Shown here: positions 39,237 to 49,958 of the stretch, piece by piece | Numbering within the stretch: position 1 is the first letter of the stretch | How the letters are laid out: the number at the start of each line of letters is the position of its first letter | From: Rhodothermia bacterium | GTDB taxonomy: Bacteria > Bacteroidota > Rhodothermia > Rhodothermales > UBA2364 | Direction: 5' to 3' | Length of the DNA: 64,000 bases | NCBI GenBank assembly: GCA_017303715.1 | Contig: JAFLBZ010000011.1 | Location: 36,375-100,374, forward strand | Made by a program: the position numbers and the translations under genes | The notes under the pieces: generated by a model | The model's input: the letters and a program-made list of their open reading frames with translations, nothing else | Told to the model about the DNA's origin: nothing | The model's database searches: none

Positions 39237-40523
39237 ATGAAACGATCTTTAGCACTCATTGCCTTCTTTTTTTTCGGAATGTCTGAGCTTTTTGCACAAT
39301 CCGAATCCACCATAACGGAAGCCAGAACTCTGATCGGGGAAGGTAGTTACGCAACGGCCATTCAAGTACTACTTAAGGCCATTGAGAGCGGTGAGAAGTC
39401 GCCGGAGATACTCCATTGGCTGGGAGTAGGTTATCATTCTGCCCTTCAATTGGAACAAGCTGTTGCGGCTTTTGACGAAGCCTTAGCCATGCGCCCAACG
39501 ATCCGCACATACCTTAGTTTGGGGCGTAGCCTCACCTCATTGGGGCGTGGCGAGGACGCCTTGGGTGTCTATGACAAGGCATTGCAGATAGACTCTACGC
39601 ACCAAGCGGTGATGATCGAAAAAGCTCGGCTCCATGCCGGACTACGGGAGTTTTCCCAAGCGGCAAGGTATTATCAGAAACTCATCAAACGCGACTCCTT
39701 AAATCCGTATTTGCTCCTACAGTTGGCAGATTGTTACAAAGGGCTGGGGGATGCAGATGCCGCTATAGTTGGTTACGAACAGGTTCGGCGAATAAGGAAT
39801 AACCAATTAAGGCCCTATTTAGAGCTTTTCTCGTTGTACAATGCACGCCAAGCCTACCTTTCTTCTTTGCGGGTCTTGAACGATGGCTTGCGGGCGATGC
39901 CAAATAACACCATCTTACTCAAACGCAGTGGAGACCTATACGCAATTCAGGAGCAATACAAAGAAGCATTGGCAGAATATGAGGCAGCTTTTGCGCTCAA
40001 GGATACTTCCCTCTCGTTACTTCGCGCAAAAGGCATTGCACATTATCGTTTAGGGCAATACGAAAAGGCAATACCGCTCTTGACCAAGGCCGTAGCAGCG
40101 AGCGAAAATGCCGGATTAGACCAAGTGGCTGCCTTTTACCTTGGTGTATCGTACCAACAACTAAAGCGTTATAACGAGGCGATGGGGCTGTGGGACAAAC
40201 TCTATACGGAACTTGCCAAAGGGCTTTTACCGGATGTACTGAACCAAATGGGGAAAAATTACGATAGCCGAAACTTATCCCAAAAAGCCAAAGAAACCTA
40301 TGAATTGGCCTATAAAATTGATCCAGCCAATGTGGATGCCTTGTTCTTTTTGGCCGTTTGGCATGACAATAAGCAACTCAAAAATAAAGCAATCTCGTAC
40401 TTTGACCAGTTCTTGCGAGGCTCTGGCGGAAATCAGATTTACATAGCATTGGCCAAACAACGCCTCGCAGAACTTCGCCCACCGAAGTCCAGTACCTCCC
40501 CTACACCCAATATGAGACAATAA
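39237..40523 (+). CDS. Secreted tetratricopeptide-repeat protein
   Basis: 428 aa. Signal peptide MKRSLALIAFFFFGMSELFAQ and many 34-residue A/Y/L-patterned repeats. Confidence 0.75.
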   Translation: MKRSLALIAFFFFGMSELFAQSESTITEARTLIGEGSYATAIQVLLKAIESGEKSPEILHWLGVGYHSALQLEQAVAAFDEALAMRPTIRTYLSLGRSLTSLGRGEDALGVYDKALQIDSTHQAVMIEKARLHAGLREFSQAARYYQKLIKRDSLNPYLLLQLADCYKGLGDADAAIVGYEQVRRIRNNQLRPYLELFSLYNARQAYLSSLRVLNDGLRAMPNNTILLKRSGDLYAIQEQYKEALAEYEAAFALKDTSLSLLRAKGIAHYRLGQYEKAIPLLTKAVAASENAGLDQVAAFYLGVSYQQLKRYNEAMGLWDKLYTELAKGLLPDVLNQMGKNYDSRNLSQKAKETYELAYKIDPANVDALFFLAVWHDNKQLKNKAISYFDQFLRGSGGNQIYIALAKQRLAELRPPKSSTSPTPNMRQ

Positions 40524-40651
40524 ATCGGCGTGCAATCTTTGGGGGATTCTAACATGCGATTTGGGTCCATCAGGCGGTTCAGGACGGTCTCTTCCTGCGG
40601 GCAGGGATACCTCTAAGGCGACTATATCTAACAACAAGTTGGTTAAACCTA

Positions 40652-40957
40652 TTATTTACCCATGGGTTGAAACAGGTGCTTATCCGCCCAGAATGTTCCG
40701 AAGGGCACAATAGACGCAATAAAAGACTTGGCAGCCCAATCCATGGAGCGGCTTTCTTCGTACCATACAAGTGCTACATACAGTATAAAAAACACGAACA
40801 AAACGCCGTGTGCCGTCCCAAGCAGCCGGACAGCTTCGGGTATTTCCCAAACATACTTGAGTGGCATGGCCACAAACAACAAGATCAGATAAGACCAACC
40901 TTCTATAAAGCCGATTACACGCAACCGACCAAGGTTGTTTTTAAGGAGTGAAAACAT
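40652..40957 (-). CDS. DUF3817-family small membrane protein
   Basis: 101 aa. LRVIGFIEGWSYLILLFVAMPLKY and GTAHGVLF motifs, three TMs. Confidence 0.7.
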   Translation of the reverse strand: MFSLLKNNLGRLRVIGFIEGWSYLILLFVAMPLKYVWEIPEAVRLLGTAHGVLFVFFILYVALVWYEESRSMDWAAKSFIASIVPFGTFWADKHLFQPMGK

Positions 40958-41082
40958 ATTTTGGGGGTTATGGAGACTTGCAAATTACCAAAAAAGGATG
41001 TTCGAACCTTTAAAAGCGGATTAAAAGACTGTGTCCCCTTGTGAATAATGGGTGGATGGCCGTGGTCTTGAAAAGCACTCAT

Positions 41083-41116
41083 AAAAAAAGAGGTTTGCAG
41101 CAACGCAAGACCTCTT
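41083..41116 (-). terminator. Intrinsic terminator of the alpha-glucosidase gene
   Basis: Minus strand reads AAGAGGTCTTGC-gttgct-GCAAACCTCTT (11 bp with one bulge) followed by T7. Confidence 0.75.
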
Positions 41117-41157
41117 AAAATGGGGCTTTCATGACGATCTGTGAAAGACAAATTTTT

Positions 41158-41191
41158 CAGCTTCGTTGATAAATCAGCTTCGTTGATAAAT
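41158..41191. repeat. Perfect 17-bp tandem duplication spanning the glucosidase stop codon
   Basis: CAGCTTCGTTGATAAAT occurs at 41158-41174 and again at 41175-41191. The stop TGA (41174-41176, minus strand) straddles the junction. Confidence 0.95.
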
Positions 41192-42814
41192 CCGACTTTC
41201 GTAAGGGGCTAAGGTGTGTGGCGAGCCTTCGTTTAGATTGCATAAACATAAGGTATAACCCGTTGTGTCTATTGGCAGGTCTTGAGTCGTTTTGCCAAAG
41301 TTAACAACTACCAAGAAGCACGCACCTTCAAAAGTACGGGTATAAGCCCAAATTTGTGCGTGGTTGGGCAAGACATCTTCATTGGCTCCATATGTTAAAG
41401 CAGGATTGGCCTTCCGCAAGGCGATCAGTTGGCGGTAATAATGGAAGATGGAGTCGGGATCGGCCAAGGCGGCTTCCACATTAATTTCGGTATAATTGGG
41501 GTTTACTTTTAGCCAAGGCGTACCTGTGGTAAATCCGGCTTGGGGTGCTACATTCCATTGCATGGGGGTTCGGGCATGGTCGCGAGCAATGATATTGGCA
41601 TTGGCAAGATAAGCGGCAGCATCGGCTCCTTTTTCTTCCACAAACTCCTTATAATTGTTCAAGACCTCCACATCATTAAACTCCTCAATCGTATGAAAGG
41701 GGCAGTTTGTCATCCCTATTTCATCGCCTTGGTATAAGTAAGGTGTTGCCCGTTGGGTGAGTAGCAAGGTGGCAATCATTTTGCCCGAAGCCTTGTGGTG
41801 TACCAAGTCTCCAAATCGGGAAAGTACACGCGGGTTATCATGGTTCCCAAAATACATGGTATTCCAACCTTGATCGCCCAAGGCCCGATCCCATTTGTAA
41901 AAAACAGCTTTAAGCTCTTGTAAATTATAATCTTGCCAGCCATTTACGAAAGTATGCGGATTCCGAACCGTCACATGGTCGAAGTGGTAAATGGTTTGAA
42001 GTTCGTTGCGGTTCTCACCAACGTATGACAGGGCTTGTTCTGCTGTTACCCCAAACGACTCGCCTACCGTCATACAGTCATATTTCGACAAAACCTCGCG
42101 ATTCATCTCTTGCAAGAACTCATGCACACGAGGGCCATTGGCGTACACGGTAAAATCACCAAACCGCCCTTCTGGATAAGGTGGAAAAGCTTGGTCTTTG
42201 GAAATAAATGTAATGACATCCATCCGAAAGCCATCCACGCCCTTGTCTAACCAAAAGCGCATCGCCTTATACACTTCTTGGCGAAGTTTGGGGTTTTCCC
42301 AGTTGAGGTCTGGCTGTTCTTTAGTAAATAGATGGAGGTAATACTCGCCCGTCGTTTCGTCCAAGTCCCATACAGAACCTGCAAAAAACGAGCGCCAATC
42401 ATTTGGAGTTTGCCCATTGACAGGAGGCCGCCAAATGTAATAATCACGGTATGGATTGTCTTTAGCCGTGCGAGCTGCTTGGAACCAAGCGTGCTGGTCG
42501 GAGGAGTGGTTCACCACCAAATCTATGATGAGCCTAATCCCGCGTTCGTGCAAGCCTGACAAGACGGCATCGAAGTCCTCCATTGTGCCAAACTCATCCA
42601 TGATTTCAAGATAATTGCTAATGTCGTAGCCATTGTCCGCATTAGGTGATTTAAAATGCGGACTAAGCCATACAACATCCACGCCTAAGCTCGCTAAATA
42701 GTCTAATTTTTCTAAGATGCCGCGCAAATCGCCAATGCCATCCCCGTTTGTATCCTTAAATGATCGGGGGTAAATCTGATAGACAATGGCTTCTTTCCAC
42801 CAAGTTTTTTGCAT
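41174..42814 (-). CDS. GH13 alpha-glucosidase (oligo-1,6-glucosidase / trehalose-6-phosphate hydrolase type)
   Basis: WWKEAIVYQIYPRSFKDTNGDGIGDLRGI, DLVVNHSSDQH, GFRMDVI and NHDNPR catalytic-region motifs. The ATG at 42814 is preferred over the TTG at 42823. Confidence 0.92.
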   Translation of the reverse strand: MQKTWWKEAIVYQIYPRSFKDTNGDGIGDLRGILEKLDYLASLGVDVVWLSPHFKSPNADNGYDISNYLEIMDEFGTMEDFDAVLSGLHERGIRLIIDLVVNHSSDQHAWFQAARTAKDNPYRDYYIWRPPVNGQTPNDWRSFFAGSVWDLDETTGEYYLHLFTKEQPDLNWENPKLRQEVYKAMRFWLDKGVDGFRMDVITFISKDQAFPPYPEGRFGDFTVYANGPRVHEFLQEMNREVLSKYDCMTVGESFGVTAEQALSYVGENRNELQTIYHFDHVTVRNPHTFVNGWQDYNLQELKAVFYKWDRALGDQGWNTMYFGNHDNPRVLSRFGDLVHHKASGKMIATLLLTQRATPYLYQGDEIGMTNCPFHTIEEFNDVEVLNNYKEFVEEKGADAAAYLANANIIARDHARTPMQWNVAPQAGFTTGTPWLKVNPNYTEINVEAALADPDSIFHYYRQLIALRKANPALTYGANEDVLPNHAQIWAYTRTFEGACFLVVVNFGKTTQDLPIDTTGYTLCLCNLNEGSPHTLAPYESRIYQRS

Positions 42815-43011
42815 GAGAACCAAAGGGATTAAGTGAGGGGTACCAAAAAGCAGCTTCTCTTAAAAACCGCTCTAAACGTGAAGATACAACTTCATAAACC
42901 CTCCTCATGGATGTCCGTCTGCATCGGAAGGGCTTCTTCTTTAGGTTCTACAAAACTTCACAAATACAACAGGTCTTGTTTCAGACAGACTTGGTTAAAA
43001 AAATGCAGCGT

Positions 43012-44553
43012 TTAGCCTTGCCAGCGGCTTCGGTCTAAGGAGCGATACTGAATAGCCTCGGCCACATGCTCGGCCAAGATATTGGGACTTGCGGCCAAGT
43101 CAGCGATGGTTCGGGCAACTTTTAGCACCCTATCATAGCCGCGTGCCGATAGGCCCAACCGTTGGATGGCCATCTTGATCAGTTGGGTTCCGGTATTGTC
43201 CAAGATCGCATGTTTCCGAACAAGCCGTGCGCCCATCTGTGCATTACAATAGACGCCGGTTTCATTTGCAAATCGTTGTTGTTGGAGTGTGCGTGCGGCT
43301 TCTACTCTTGCCCGAATGGTGGTACTGGCCTCGGAGGCGGTACGACTGTGCAATTCATCAAAGGGTACAGGTGTCACCTCGATGTGCAGGTCTATTCTGT
43401 CCATTAGTGGGCCTGATATTTTGGCCAAATACCGCTGCACCTGAAAGGGCGAACAGGTACATTCCCGCTTTGGATTGTTCAGGTGGCCACAGGGACATGG
43501 ATTCATACTCGCAATGAGCATAAACCTTGCGGGATAGTCCACTGCATATCGCGCCCGACTGATTGTGATGTGGCCATCTTCAAGTGGTTGACGGAGGACT
43601 TCAAGCACTTGGCGGTTAAACTCCGGCAATTCGTCCAAAAAAAGAAGCCCATTGTGCGCCAAAGATATTTCTCCGGGTAGCGGGTTGGAGCCGCCCCCAC
43701 AAAGTCCGGCATCGGAAATGGTGTGGTGTGGTGCACGGAATGGACGTGTAGCAATGAGACCATGCTTGGAACGCAACTTCCCACCAACCGAATGGATTTT
43801 GGTGGTTTCGAGGGCTTCATCGGGAGTGAGTGGAGGCAATATGGTGGAAATACGCTGGGCAAGCATCGTTTTTCCTGCTCCCGGTGGCCCCACCATAAGG
43901 GCATTATGCCCACCTGCGGCGGCCACTTCAAGGGCGCGTTTTACGTTTTCTTGCCCGCGTACATCGGACATGTCCACGGTATAAATTTGGGCTTCTTCGA
44001 AAAGCGCCTCTAAATCTCGTGTAAAAGGCTGTATCTCTTCGCGTCCGGTCAGGTGGTGGAAGGCTTGGCGAATGTGTTGTATGGGAAAGACCTGAATTCC
44101 TTCTACAACCGAGGCTTCGGCGGCATTTTCAGCCGGAATGAGCAAGTTGGTACGGCCTTCGTTGCGGGCTTGGATGGCGATCGGCAGGATTCCCTTTACA
44201 GGTCGGAGAGCGCCATCAAGCGCCAATTCGCCTAAGATGCAACAGTGGTCTAATTGGTCTTGGGATATTTGAGCATCGTGGGCGGCTAATAATCCCAATG
44301 CAATCGGAAGGTCATAAGCTGCACCTTCTTTTCGGACATCTGCCGGAGCCAAATTAATGGTAATTGCGCCATGTGGGGTCTCTAAGCCTGCATTTTTGAG
44401 GGCTGCCCAAATGCGGTCTCGACTTTCTCGGACAGCACCATCCGGCAATCCAACAACCGTATATCGTGGTAGCCCATTGGCAATATTCGTCTCGATCTCG
44501 ATAGGGAAAGCGGAAATGCCTTGAACGGCACTGCTCCAAACATGGGAAAGCAT
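43012..44553 (-). CDS. comM: YifB/ComM-family Mg-chelatase-like AAA+ ATPase
   Basis: 513 aa. Lon-protease-like N-terminal domain, Walker A GPPGAGKT, LFLDELPEF, and a C-terminal ChlI-like region. Confidence 0.93.
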   Translation of the reverse strand: MLSHVWSSAVQGISAFPIEIETNIANGLPRYTVVGLPDGAVRESRDRIWAALKNAGLETPHGAITINLAPADVRKEGAAYDLPIALGLLAAHDAQISQDQLDHCCILGELALDGALRPVKGILPIAIQARNEGRTNLLIPAENAAEASVVEGIQVFPIQHIRQAFHHLTGREEIQPFTRDLEALFEEAQIYTVDMSDVRGQENVKRALEVAAAGGHNALMVGPPGAGKTMLAQRISTILPPLTPDEALETTKIHSVGGKLRSKHGLIATRPFRAPHHTISDAGLCGGGSNPLPGEISLAHNGLLFLDELPEFNRQVLEVLRQPLEDGHITISRARYAVDYPARFMLIASMNPCPCGHLNNPKRECTCSPFQVQRYLAKISGPLMDRIDLHIEVTPVPFDELHSRTASEASTTIRARVEAARTLQQQRFANETGVYCNAQMGARLVRKHAILDNTGTQLIKMAIQRLGLSARGYDRVLKVARTIADLAASPNILAEHVAEAIQYRSLDRSRWQG

Positions 44554-44566
44554 GGGCTTATGATTG

Positions 44567-44597
44567 GGTGTCTAAGGAAATTTCCCGAATAGACACC
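44567..44597. other. 31-bp near-perfect palindrome between the DUF3298 gene stop and the comM start
   Basis: GGTGTCTA (44567-44574) ... TAGACACC (44590-44597) with an inner GGAAATTTCC palindrome. No adjacent T-run. Confidence 0.4.
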
Positions 44598-44638
44598 ATA
44601 CGGCAACGCTTTATAACCTATGGGGCTGTTCTGGGTTT

Positions 44639-45727
44639 TTAGCGCTGTTTTTCAAGCAAGCCACCTACTTTGATCCAATCTCGGAGGGCTGTATAAGGGA
44701 TTGTCACTCCGAAGTCGCCGAGGGCATACGCACCAATTTCGTATGGATCGAACTTTACAAATAGGCTCGTGCTTTTGAGTGCCACATTTCGGTAATTTTC
44801 CGCCTTCGGCGCCGTCCCATTTATCAATGATTCGTCATTGGGATTGTCGGCAAAGCGTTCGTCTTTACGCAGTTCTTCGCGTACCAAGTTGGAAAGCGGT
44901 TTAAGGAAGCCGGGCTTGAATAAATCCTCCAAACGCACTTCATTCCCCGTCTGAAGGTTTATGGTAACGGTTTTAGAATAATGATTGGGATGTGCACCAC
45001 CCGAATTTACATAGATGCCATATTGAACCGAAACCAATTGTGGTGTTACCCAAATGTCGTCATACGAGATTTCCATTTCGTACATCTGGACTACGCTCTC
45101 TGCATCTGGTGGATTTTGTTCGGAGTCGCGGACAAATTCGTCCACCATAGGCTTGATGGCTCCTAAGAGGATTAGGTTTGCACGAGATTGAGCAATAGTG
45201 TTCCTCATCCCACTCAGCACTGGATAGGCCCATTGAGCCGTGTAAAATTTACCTTTTCGGAGGCCTTCTTTTTTGGTTACCGTCGGAGCATTTATTTCGT
45301 AAGCACTTGTTTTTGCAGGATTTTTTGGCATAGCATTAGGTTCTATACGCAGCCGGAACGGAAACGAACGCCCATTGCCCTCCCATGTCCCCTTCAACTC
45401 GTCTTTCTGTAAAACACCAGAAAAAGTACCTGTTTTTTTACCTGCTGGGTCAAATTCAGAAAGACGTAATTCGCCGTCTATGATCTGGCCTTGCACCTGT
45501 AACTTTCCGCCATTACGGGTATATTGATAAGTTCCGCTTAGGGTATTCCCAACACGCCGCAGTGCCATCGTAATGGGTAAACGACCATCTATATCGCCCG
45601 ATAATTGGACGTTTTCGGGCAAAGGTGCTTGTGCCGAACTGGGTGATGAGGGCGTTTCTGTTGGGGTACAAGCGGTAAAAAGCCAAACCAACAACAAGAG
45701 AAGCAAAGGAATGGATCGCAACTTCAT
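44639..45727 (-). CDS. DUF3298/DUF4163-type lipoprotein
   Basis: 362 aa. Lipobox LVWLFTACTP. YVNSGGAHPNHYSKTVTINLQTGNEVRLEDLF matches the DUF3298 core. Confidence 0.7.
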   Translation of the reverse strand: MKLRSIPLLLLLLVWLFTACTPTETPSSPSSAQAPLPENVQLSGDIDGRLPITMALRRVGNTLSGTYQYTRNGGKLQVQGQIIDGELRLSEFDPAGKKTGTFSGVLQKDELKGTWEGNGRSFPFRLRIEPNAMPKNPAKTSAYEINAPTVTKKEGLRKGKFYTAQWAYPVLSGMRNTIAQSRANLILLGAIKPMVDEFVRDSEQNPPDAESVVQMYEMEISYDDIWVTPQLVSVQYGIYVNSGGAHPNHYSKTVTINLQTGNEVRLEDLFKPGFLKPLSNLVREELRKDERFADNPNDESLINGTAPKAENYRNVALKSTSLFVKFDPYEIGAYALGDFGVTIPYTALRDWIKVGGLLEKQR

Positions 45728-45903
45728 GAGTTTTTATAAATATGGTGATGCAGAAATGTATTCTAAGGTGTTTTGCCCCAGATCGCAAGTGAATAGCCCA
45801 AGCGAGTCTTAAAATTTTTATCATCTCTGTTTCAAATGTGGAACGAAGCACAAAGGCAAGTGTTCAAGTCCGCTATTTACCGCATGTTCTATCCAACAAA
45901 AAA

Positions 45904-47022
45904 ATGAGTAAAAACGGTCGGGTTTTGGTTGCCATGAGTGGTGGCGTGGATTCTTCGGTAGCGGCGGCCTATCTGCAAGATCAAGGCTACGAGGTGGTGG
46001 GCATCACCATGAAGACGTGGGATTATGCGTCCAGTGGTCTAAGCAATGCACCCAAGAAAGAGGTGGGATGCTGTACCATCGGTTCTATGAACGATGCCAG
46101 AGGCGTGGCTGTCAAAATGGGTTTCACCCACTTTGTCGTAGATATTCGCGAAGAGTTTGGCGACTGGGTGATCAATCGCTTTACTGGAGATTATATGGCT
46201 GGACGCACGCCCAACCCTTGCGTTTTGTGTAATACCCATATTAAATGGACGGCTCTGCTCCGCCGTGCGGATGATTTAGACTGTGCATTTATTGCGACAG
46301 GGCACTATGCCAATGTGCGCAAGCATGAGGAAACTGGGCGTTGGGTTTTGTATAAAGGCTTAGACGAAAACAAAGACCAATCTTATGCACTTTGGGGTCT
46401 TCCCCAAGAACAACTTTCGCGTTCCATTTTCCCATTGGGTCAATTTACCAAGCCCGCCATTCGTGAGATGGCACGGGAATATGGGCTTTTACGGGTTGCG
46501 GACAAGAAGGACTCCTACGAGATCTGCTTTATTCCCGATAACGATTATCGCGGTTTTTTAAAGAGACGAAATCCAGAAGGCATCGCCGCCATTGGAAAAG
46601 GAAAATTTAAGCTATCGAACGAGAAGGTCGTTGGCGAACACGAAGGCTATCCGTTTTATACCATTGGGCAACGAAGAGGCTTAAACATTGCCCTTGGCGA
46701 ACCTATTTATGTGACGCGGATAGATGCACAAACGAATACGGTTTACCTTGGCCCAAAGGAAGAACTATTACAAAAAGCCCTCACCGCCCGTGAAGTCAAT
46801 TTTGTGAAGTATGCCAACCTACATGAAGAGCGTGCCGTATCCGCCAAAATACGGTATAAAGACGAGGGCGCACCAGCTTTGGTTTGGCAAACGGGCGAGG
46901 ACGAAATTCGGGTGGTTTTTGCAGAAAATCGGTCAGCCATTACCCCCGGACAATCGGTGGTGTTGTATGAAGGAGCGGACGTCGTGGCTGGAGCGTGGAT
47001 CCGGCAGGCACAAACTGTTTAA
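45904..47022 (+). CDS. mnmA: tRNA 2-thiouridine(34) synthase
   Basis: The internal ATG gives MSKNGRVLVAMSGGVDSSVAA (PP-loop SGGVDS). Catalytic Cys regions NPCVLCN and SYEICF are present. Confidence 0.95.
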   Translation: MSKNGRVLVAMSGGVDSSVAAAYLQDQGYEVVGITMKTWDYASSGLSNAPKKEVGCCTIGSMNDARGVAVKMGFTHFVVDIREEFGDWVINRFTGDYMAGRTPNPCVLCNTHIKWTALLRRADDLDCAFIATGHYANVRKHEETGRWVLYKGLDENKDQSYALWGLPQEQLSRSIFPLGQFTKPAIREMAREYGLLRVADKKDSYEICFIPDNDYRGFLKRRNPEGIAAIGKGKFKLSNEKVVGEHEGYPFYTIGQRRGLNIALGEPIYVTRIDAQTNTVYLGPKEELLQKALTAREVNFVKYANLHEERAVSAKIRYKDEGAPALVWQTGEDEIRVVFAENRSAITPGQSVVLYEGADVVAGAWIRQAQTV

Positions 47023-47187
47023 AAACGTTCCGCAACCAAATCGTAACGACACGACAAACGGTTTCATTTGCAAAAGTAGGCTATGGGTATAGACTTATAG
47101 CCGTTTTCTTGCTTGGCTTTTCCGGCCTAAGGTCTTATCTTTTCAAGACTCACTGTCTTCCGATACCAGCAACAAGCCTCCTTTATA

Positions 47188-47763
47188 GTGCCAAATGTGC
47201 CCATAACACAATTGCTCCAACATGTTCGGGCCGGTGACCCCAGCTCTCATGCACAGCTCTTACCTTTGATCTACGAAGAATTACGGCATATTGCGCACCG
47301 CCAGTTGTCCAACGAGCGTGCCAATACCCTCATGACCACCGATTTGGTACACGAGGCGTGGTTGCGCTTGGTGGATGCACCACTGCACAGCCTGAATGAT
47401 CGGCTGCACTTTTTTGCCGTAGCTTCTCGCGCCATGCGTCAGGTTTTGGTGGATGCTGCACGGCGACGCAAAGCGGGTAAACGTGGAGGCATCTCCCAAG
47501 CCTCGATGCCCATCGAAGAAGCCGCAGACTGGCTGTCGGAACAAAAATCGGTGGCACTTCTGGCCTTGCACGAGGCTTTAGAGCAATTACAAGTGATGGA
47601 TGAGCGAATGGCACGTATTGTGGAACTCCGGTATTTTGGCGGGCTCACCATCGCAGAAACCGCAAAACTCCTTCAAATATCGGACTCAACGGTAAAGCGA
47701 GACTGGGAAACGGCCAAGGTCTGGCTCTTTTCCGAATTAAAAGGGATTCCGTTGGATTTATAG
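47188..47763 (+). CDS. ECF-type sigma-70 family factor (Sigma70_ECF / TIGR02999-like)
   Basis: 191 aa, GTG start. ITQLLQHVRAGD...LLPLIYEELRHIAHRQL N-terminus and region 4 HTH TIAETAKLLQISDSTVKRDW. Confidence 0.8.
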   Translation: MPNVPITQLLQHVRAGDPSSHAQLLPLIYEELRHIAHRQLSNERANTLMTTDLVHEAWLRLVDAPLHSLNDRLHFFAVASRAMRQVLVDAARRRKAGKRGGISQASMPIEEAADWLSEQKSVALLALHEALEQLQVMDERMARIVELRYFGGLTIAETAKLLQISDSTVKRDWETAKVWLFSELKGIPLDL

Positions 47764-47972
47764 CTGCGGATTAGGTCATGACAACCACTTGCGCCTTTAT
47801 GGCAATACAAGAGAATGCCCCACAATAGGCAGATCTTGTATGTGCTTATGTTGTTAACCCTAAACAAGTCCAGCACGTTTTAAGCTTTCCTTGGGTTACA
47901 TGTTATACACCAATGGTCTCGGTACTACATATAAATAGCACCTTCTATCGCTTCGCAGCTCCTGATTTGGTA

Positions 47973-49958
47973 TTATCCCCGATCCAATTGCGCCTTAGCC
48001 GCTAATGCGACCGCCTCGGCAGTAATGCCAAAATTGCGGTACAGATCGTCAATCGGCGCAGAAGCGCCAAACCCTTTCATACCTACAAAATGGCCTTGAG
48101 AGCCCAAGTAGCGTTCCCAGCCAAAGCCAGTAGCAGCCTCGACGGCTACTCTTGCTTTAATTTCGGGTGGTAAGACAGATGTCTTGTAATCCTCATCTTG
48201 CGCCTCGAACAATTCCCAACTTGGCATAGACACCACGCGACTGGAAATCCCATCTGTTTGAAGGAGTTTCTGTGCCGCTATAGCAAACTGCACCTCCGAC
48301 CCAGAAGCCAATAGCAATACTTGCGGAGCGGGAGCATCCGAAAGAATGTACGCACCTCTTTCCACACCCTCGCCCGATGAAACGACGGCAAGCCCTTGTC
48401 GCGAGAGGGCAAAAGTAACAGGCAAGCGGCTTTGTACCGCATATTTCCAAGCCGCAACCGTCTCGTTGGCGTCTGCTGGCCGGAAAGTAACCACATTGGG
48501 CATAGACCGAATGGAAGCCAAATGCTCTACGGGTTGGTGCGTAGGGCCATCTTCTCCCAGCCCAATGCTATCGTGGGTGAATACAAAAAGTGAGGGGATC
48601 TCCATCAGTGCTGCCAACCGGACAGCTGGCCGCATATAATCCAAAAAGGCTAAAAAGGTGCCGGTATAAGCCAATAAGCCGCCGTGCAAAGTAATGCCAT
48701 TTACAATAGCCCCCATTCCGTGTTCGCGTACCCCAAAATGCAAATAGCGTCCACTAAAATCTTCGCGCGTTATGCTAACATCTGCTTTAGCACGGGTATT
48801 GTTGGAAGGTGTAAGATCCGCTGAACCGCCTAACAGGTTTGGAATAGCGGTTTTTAGGGCATTCAGCGCATGGCCAGATGCTTCTCGCGTGGCCATTTTG
48901 GTTCCCATTTCAAACGTTGGAAGTGCCTCCTCCCAGTTCGATGGCAACTCTCCAGCCATCGCACGATCCAGTTCCAAAGACAATTCGGGATTGGCTGCAC
49001 GATAATCTTCCATCAAATCCTCCCATTCTGTTTGGCGCTTTTGACCTTTAATACGCACCATCAGCATATGATCAAAAACATCATCCGGAACATAAAATTC
49101 GGGGCCAACAGGCCAGCCGAGTGCTTCTTTGGTGAGTCTTATCTCATCGGCGCCAAGTGGGGAGCCATGCGCACTGGATTTACCTTGCTTGTTGGGGCTT
49201 CCAAAGCCGATCTGGGTTTTACATGCAATCAGCGTCGGTCGTGTTTGATCTGCTTTAGCGGCATCTATTGCGGCCAATACCTCATCTGGATTGTGGCCAT
49301 CGGCTTTCAGAACCTGCCAGCCATATGCCTCAAAGCGTTTGGGGACATCCTCGGAAAACGAAAGCGCAGTGGGGCCATCAATCGAGATTCCGTTATCATC
49401 ATACAGTACCACCAATTTTCCGAGCCCCAAATGTCCTGCAATCGCACAAGCCTCATGCGAAACGCCCTCCATCAAGTCTCCGTCAGAAGCAATGACGTAG
49501 GTGTAATGGTTGATGACCGGATGTGTTGCGGTATTGTACCGTGCCGCCAAGTGACGCTCGGCAATGGCCATTCCCACCGCAGTAGAAATCCCTTGTCCTA
49601 ACGGCCCAGTGGTCATTTCCACACCCGGCGTATGACGATACTCTGGATGGCCTGCCGTTTTGCTCCCCCACTGCCTGAAATTACGGATTTGATCCATAGA
49701 CACGTCGTAGCCTGTTAGGTGAAGTAGGCTATACAACAGCATGGAGCCATGCCCGGCGGATAGGACAAAACGATCACGGTTAAACCAAAGTGGATCCGCC
49801 GGATTGTGACGCATACGCTCAGTCCAAAGTACGGAAGCCGCGTCCGCCATTCCCATTGGCATACCGGGATGTCCAGAATTTGCCTTCTGAACGGCATCTA
49901 CCGAAAGAAAGCGTATGGTATCGGCACAACGACGGCGCAGGTGAGCCAGTTCTTGCAT
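47973..49958 (-). CDS. tkt: Transketolase
   Basis: 661 aa. SGHPG, the [13 protein letters not shown] ThDP motif, and [18 protein letters not shown]. Confidence 0.97.
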   Translation of the reverse strand: MQELAHLRRRCADTIRFLSVDAVQKANSGHPGMPMGMADAASVLWTERMRHNPADPLWFNRDRFVLSAGHGSMLLYSLLHLTGYDVSMDQIRNFRQWGSKTAGHPEYRHTPGVEMTTGPLGQGISTAVGMAIAERHLAARYNTATHPVINHYTYVIASDGDLMEGVSHEACAIAGHLGLGKLVVLYDDNGISIDGPTALSFSEDVPKRFEAYGWQVLKADGHNPDEVLAAIDAAKADQTRPTLIACKTQIGFGSPNKQGKSSAHGSPLGADEIRLTKEALGWPVGPEFYVPDDVFDHMLMVRIKGQKRQTEWEDLMEDYRAANPELSLELDRAMAGELPSNWEEALPTFEMGTKMATREASGHALNALKTAIPNLLGGSADLTPSNNTRAKADVSITREDFSGRYLHFGVREHGMGAIVNGITLHGGLLAYTGTFLAFLDYMRPAVRLAALMEIPSLFVFTHDSIGLGEDGPTHQPVEHLASIRSMPNVVTFRPADANETVAAWKYAVQSRLPVTFALSRQGLAVVSSGEGVERGAYILSDAPAPQVLLLASGSEVQFAIAAQKLLQTDGISSRVVSMPSWELFEAQDEDYKTSVLPPEIKARVAVEAATGFGWERYLGSQGHFVGMKGFGASAPIDDLYRNFGITAEAVALAAKAQLDRG

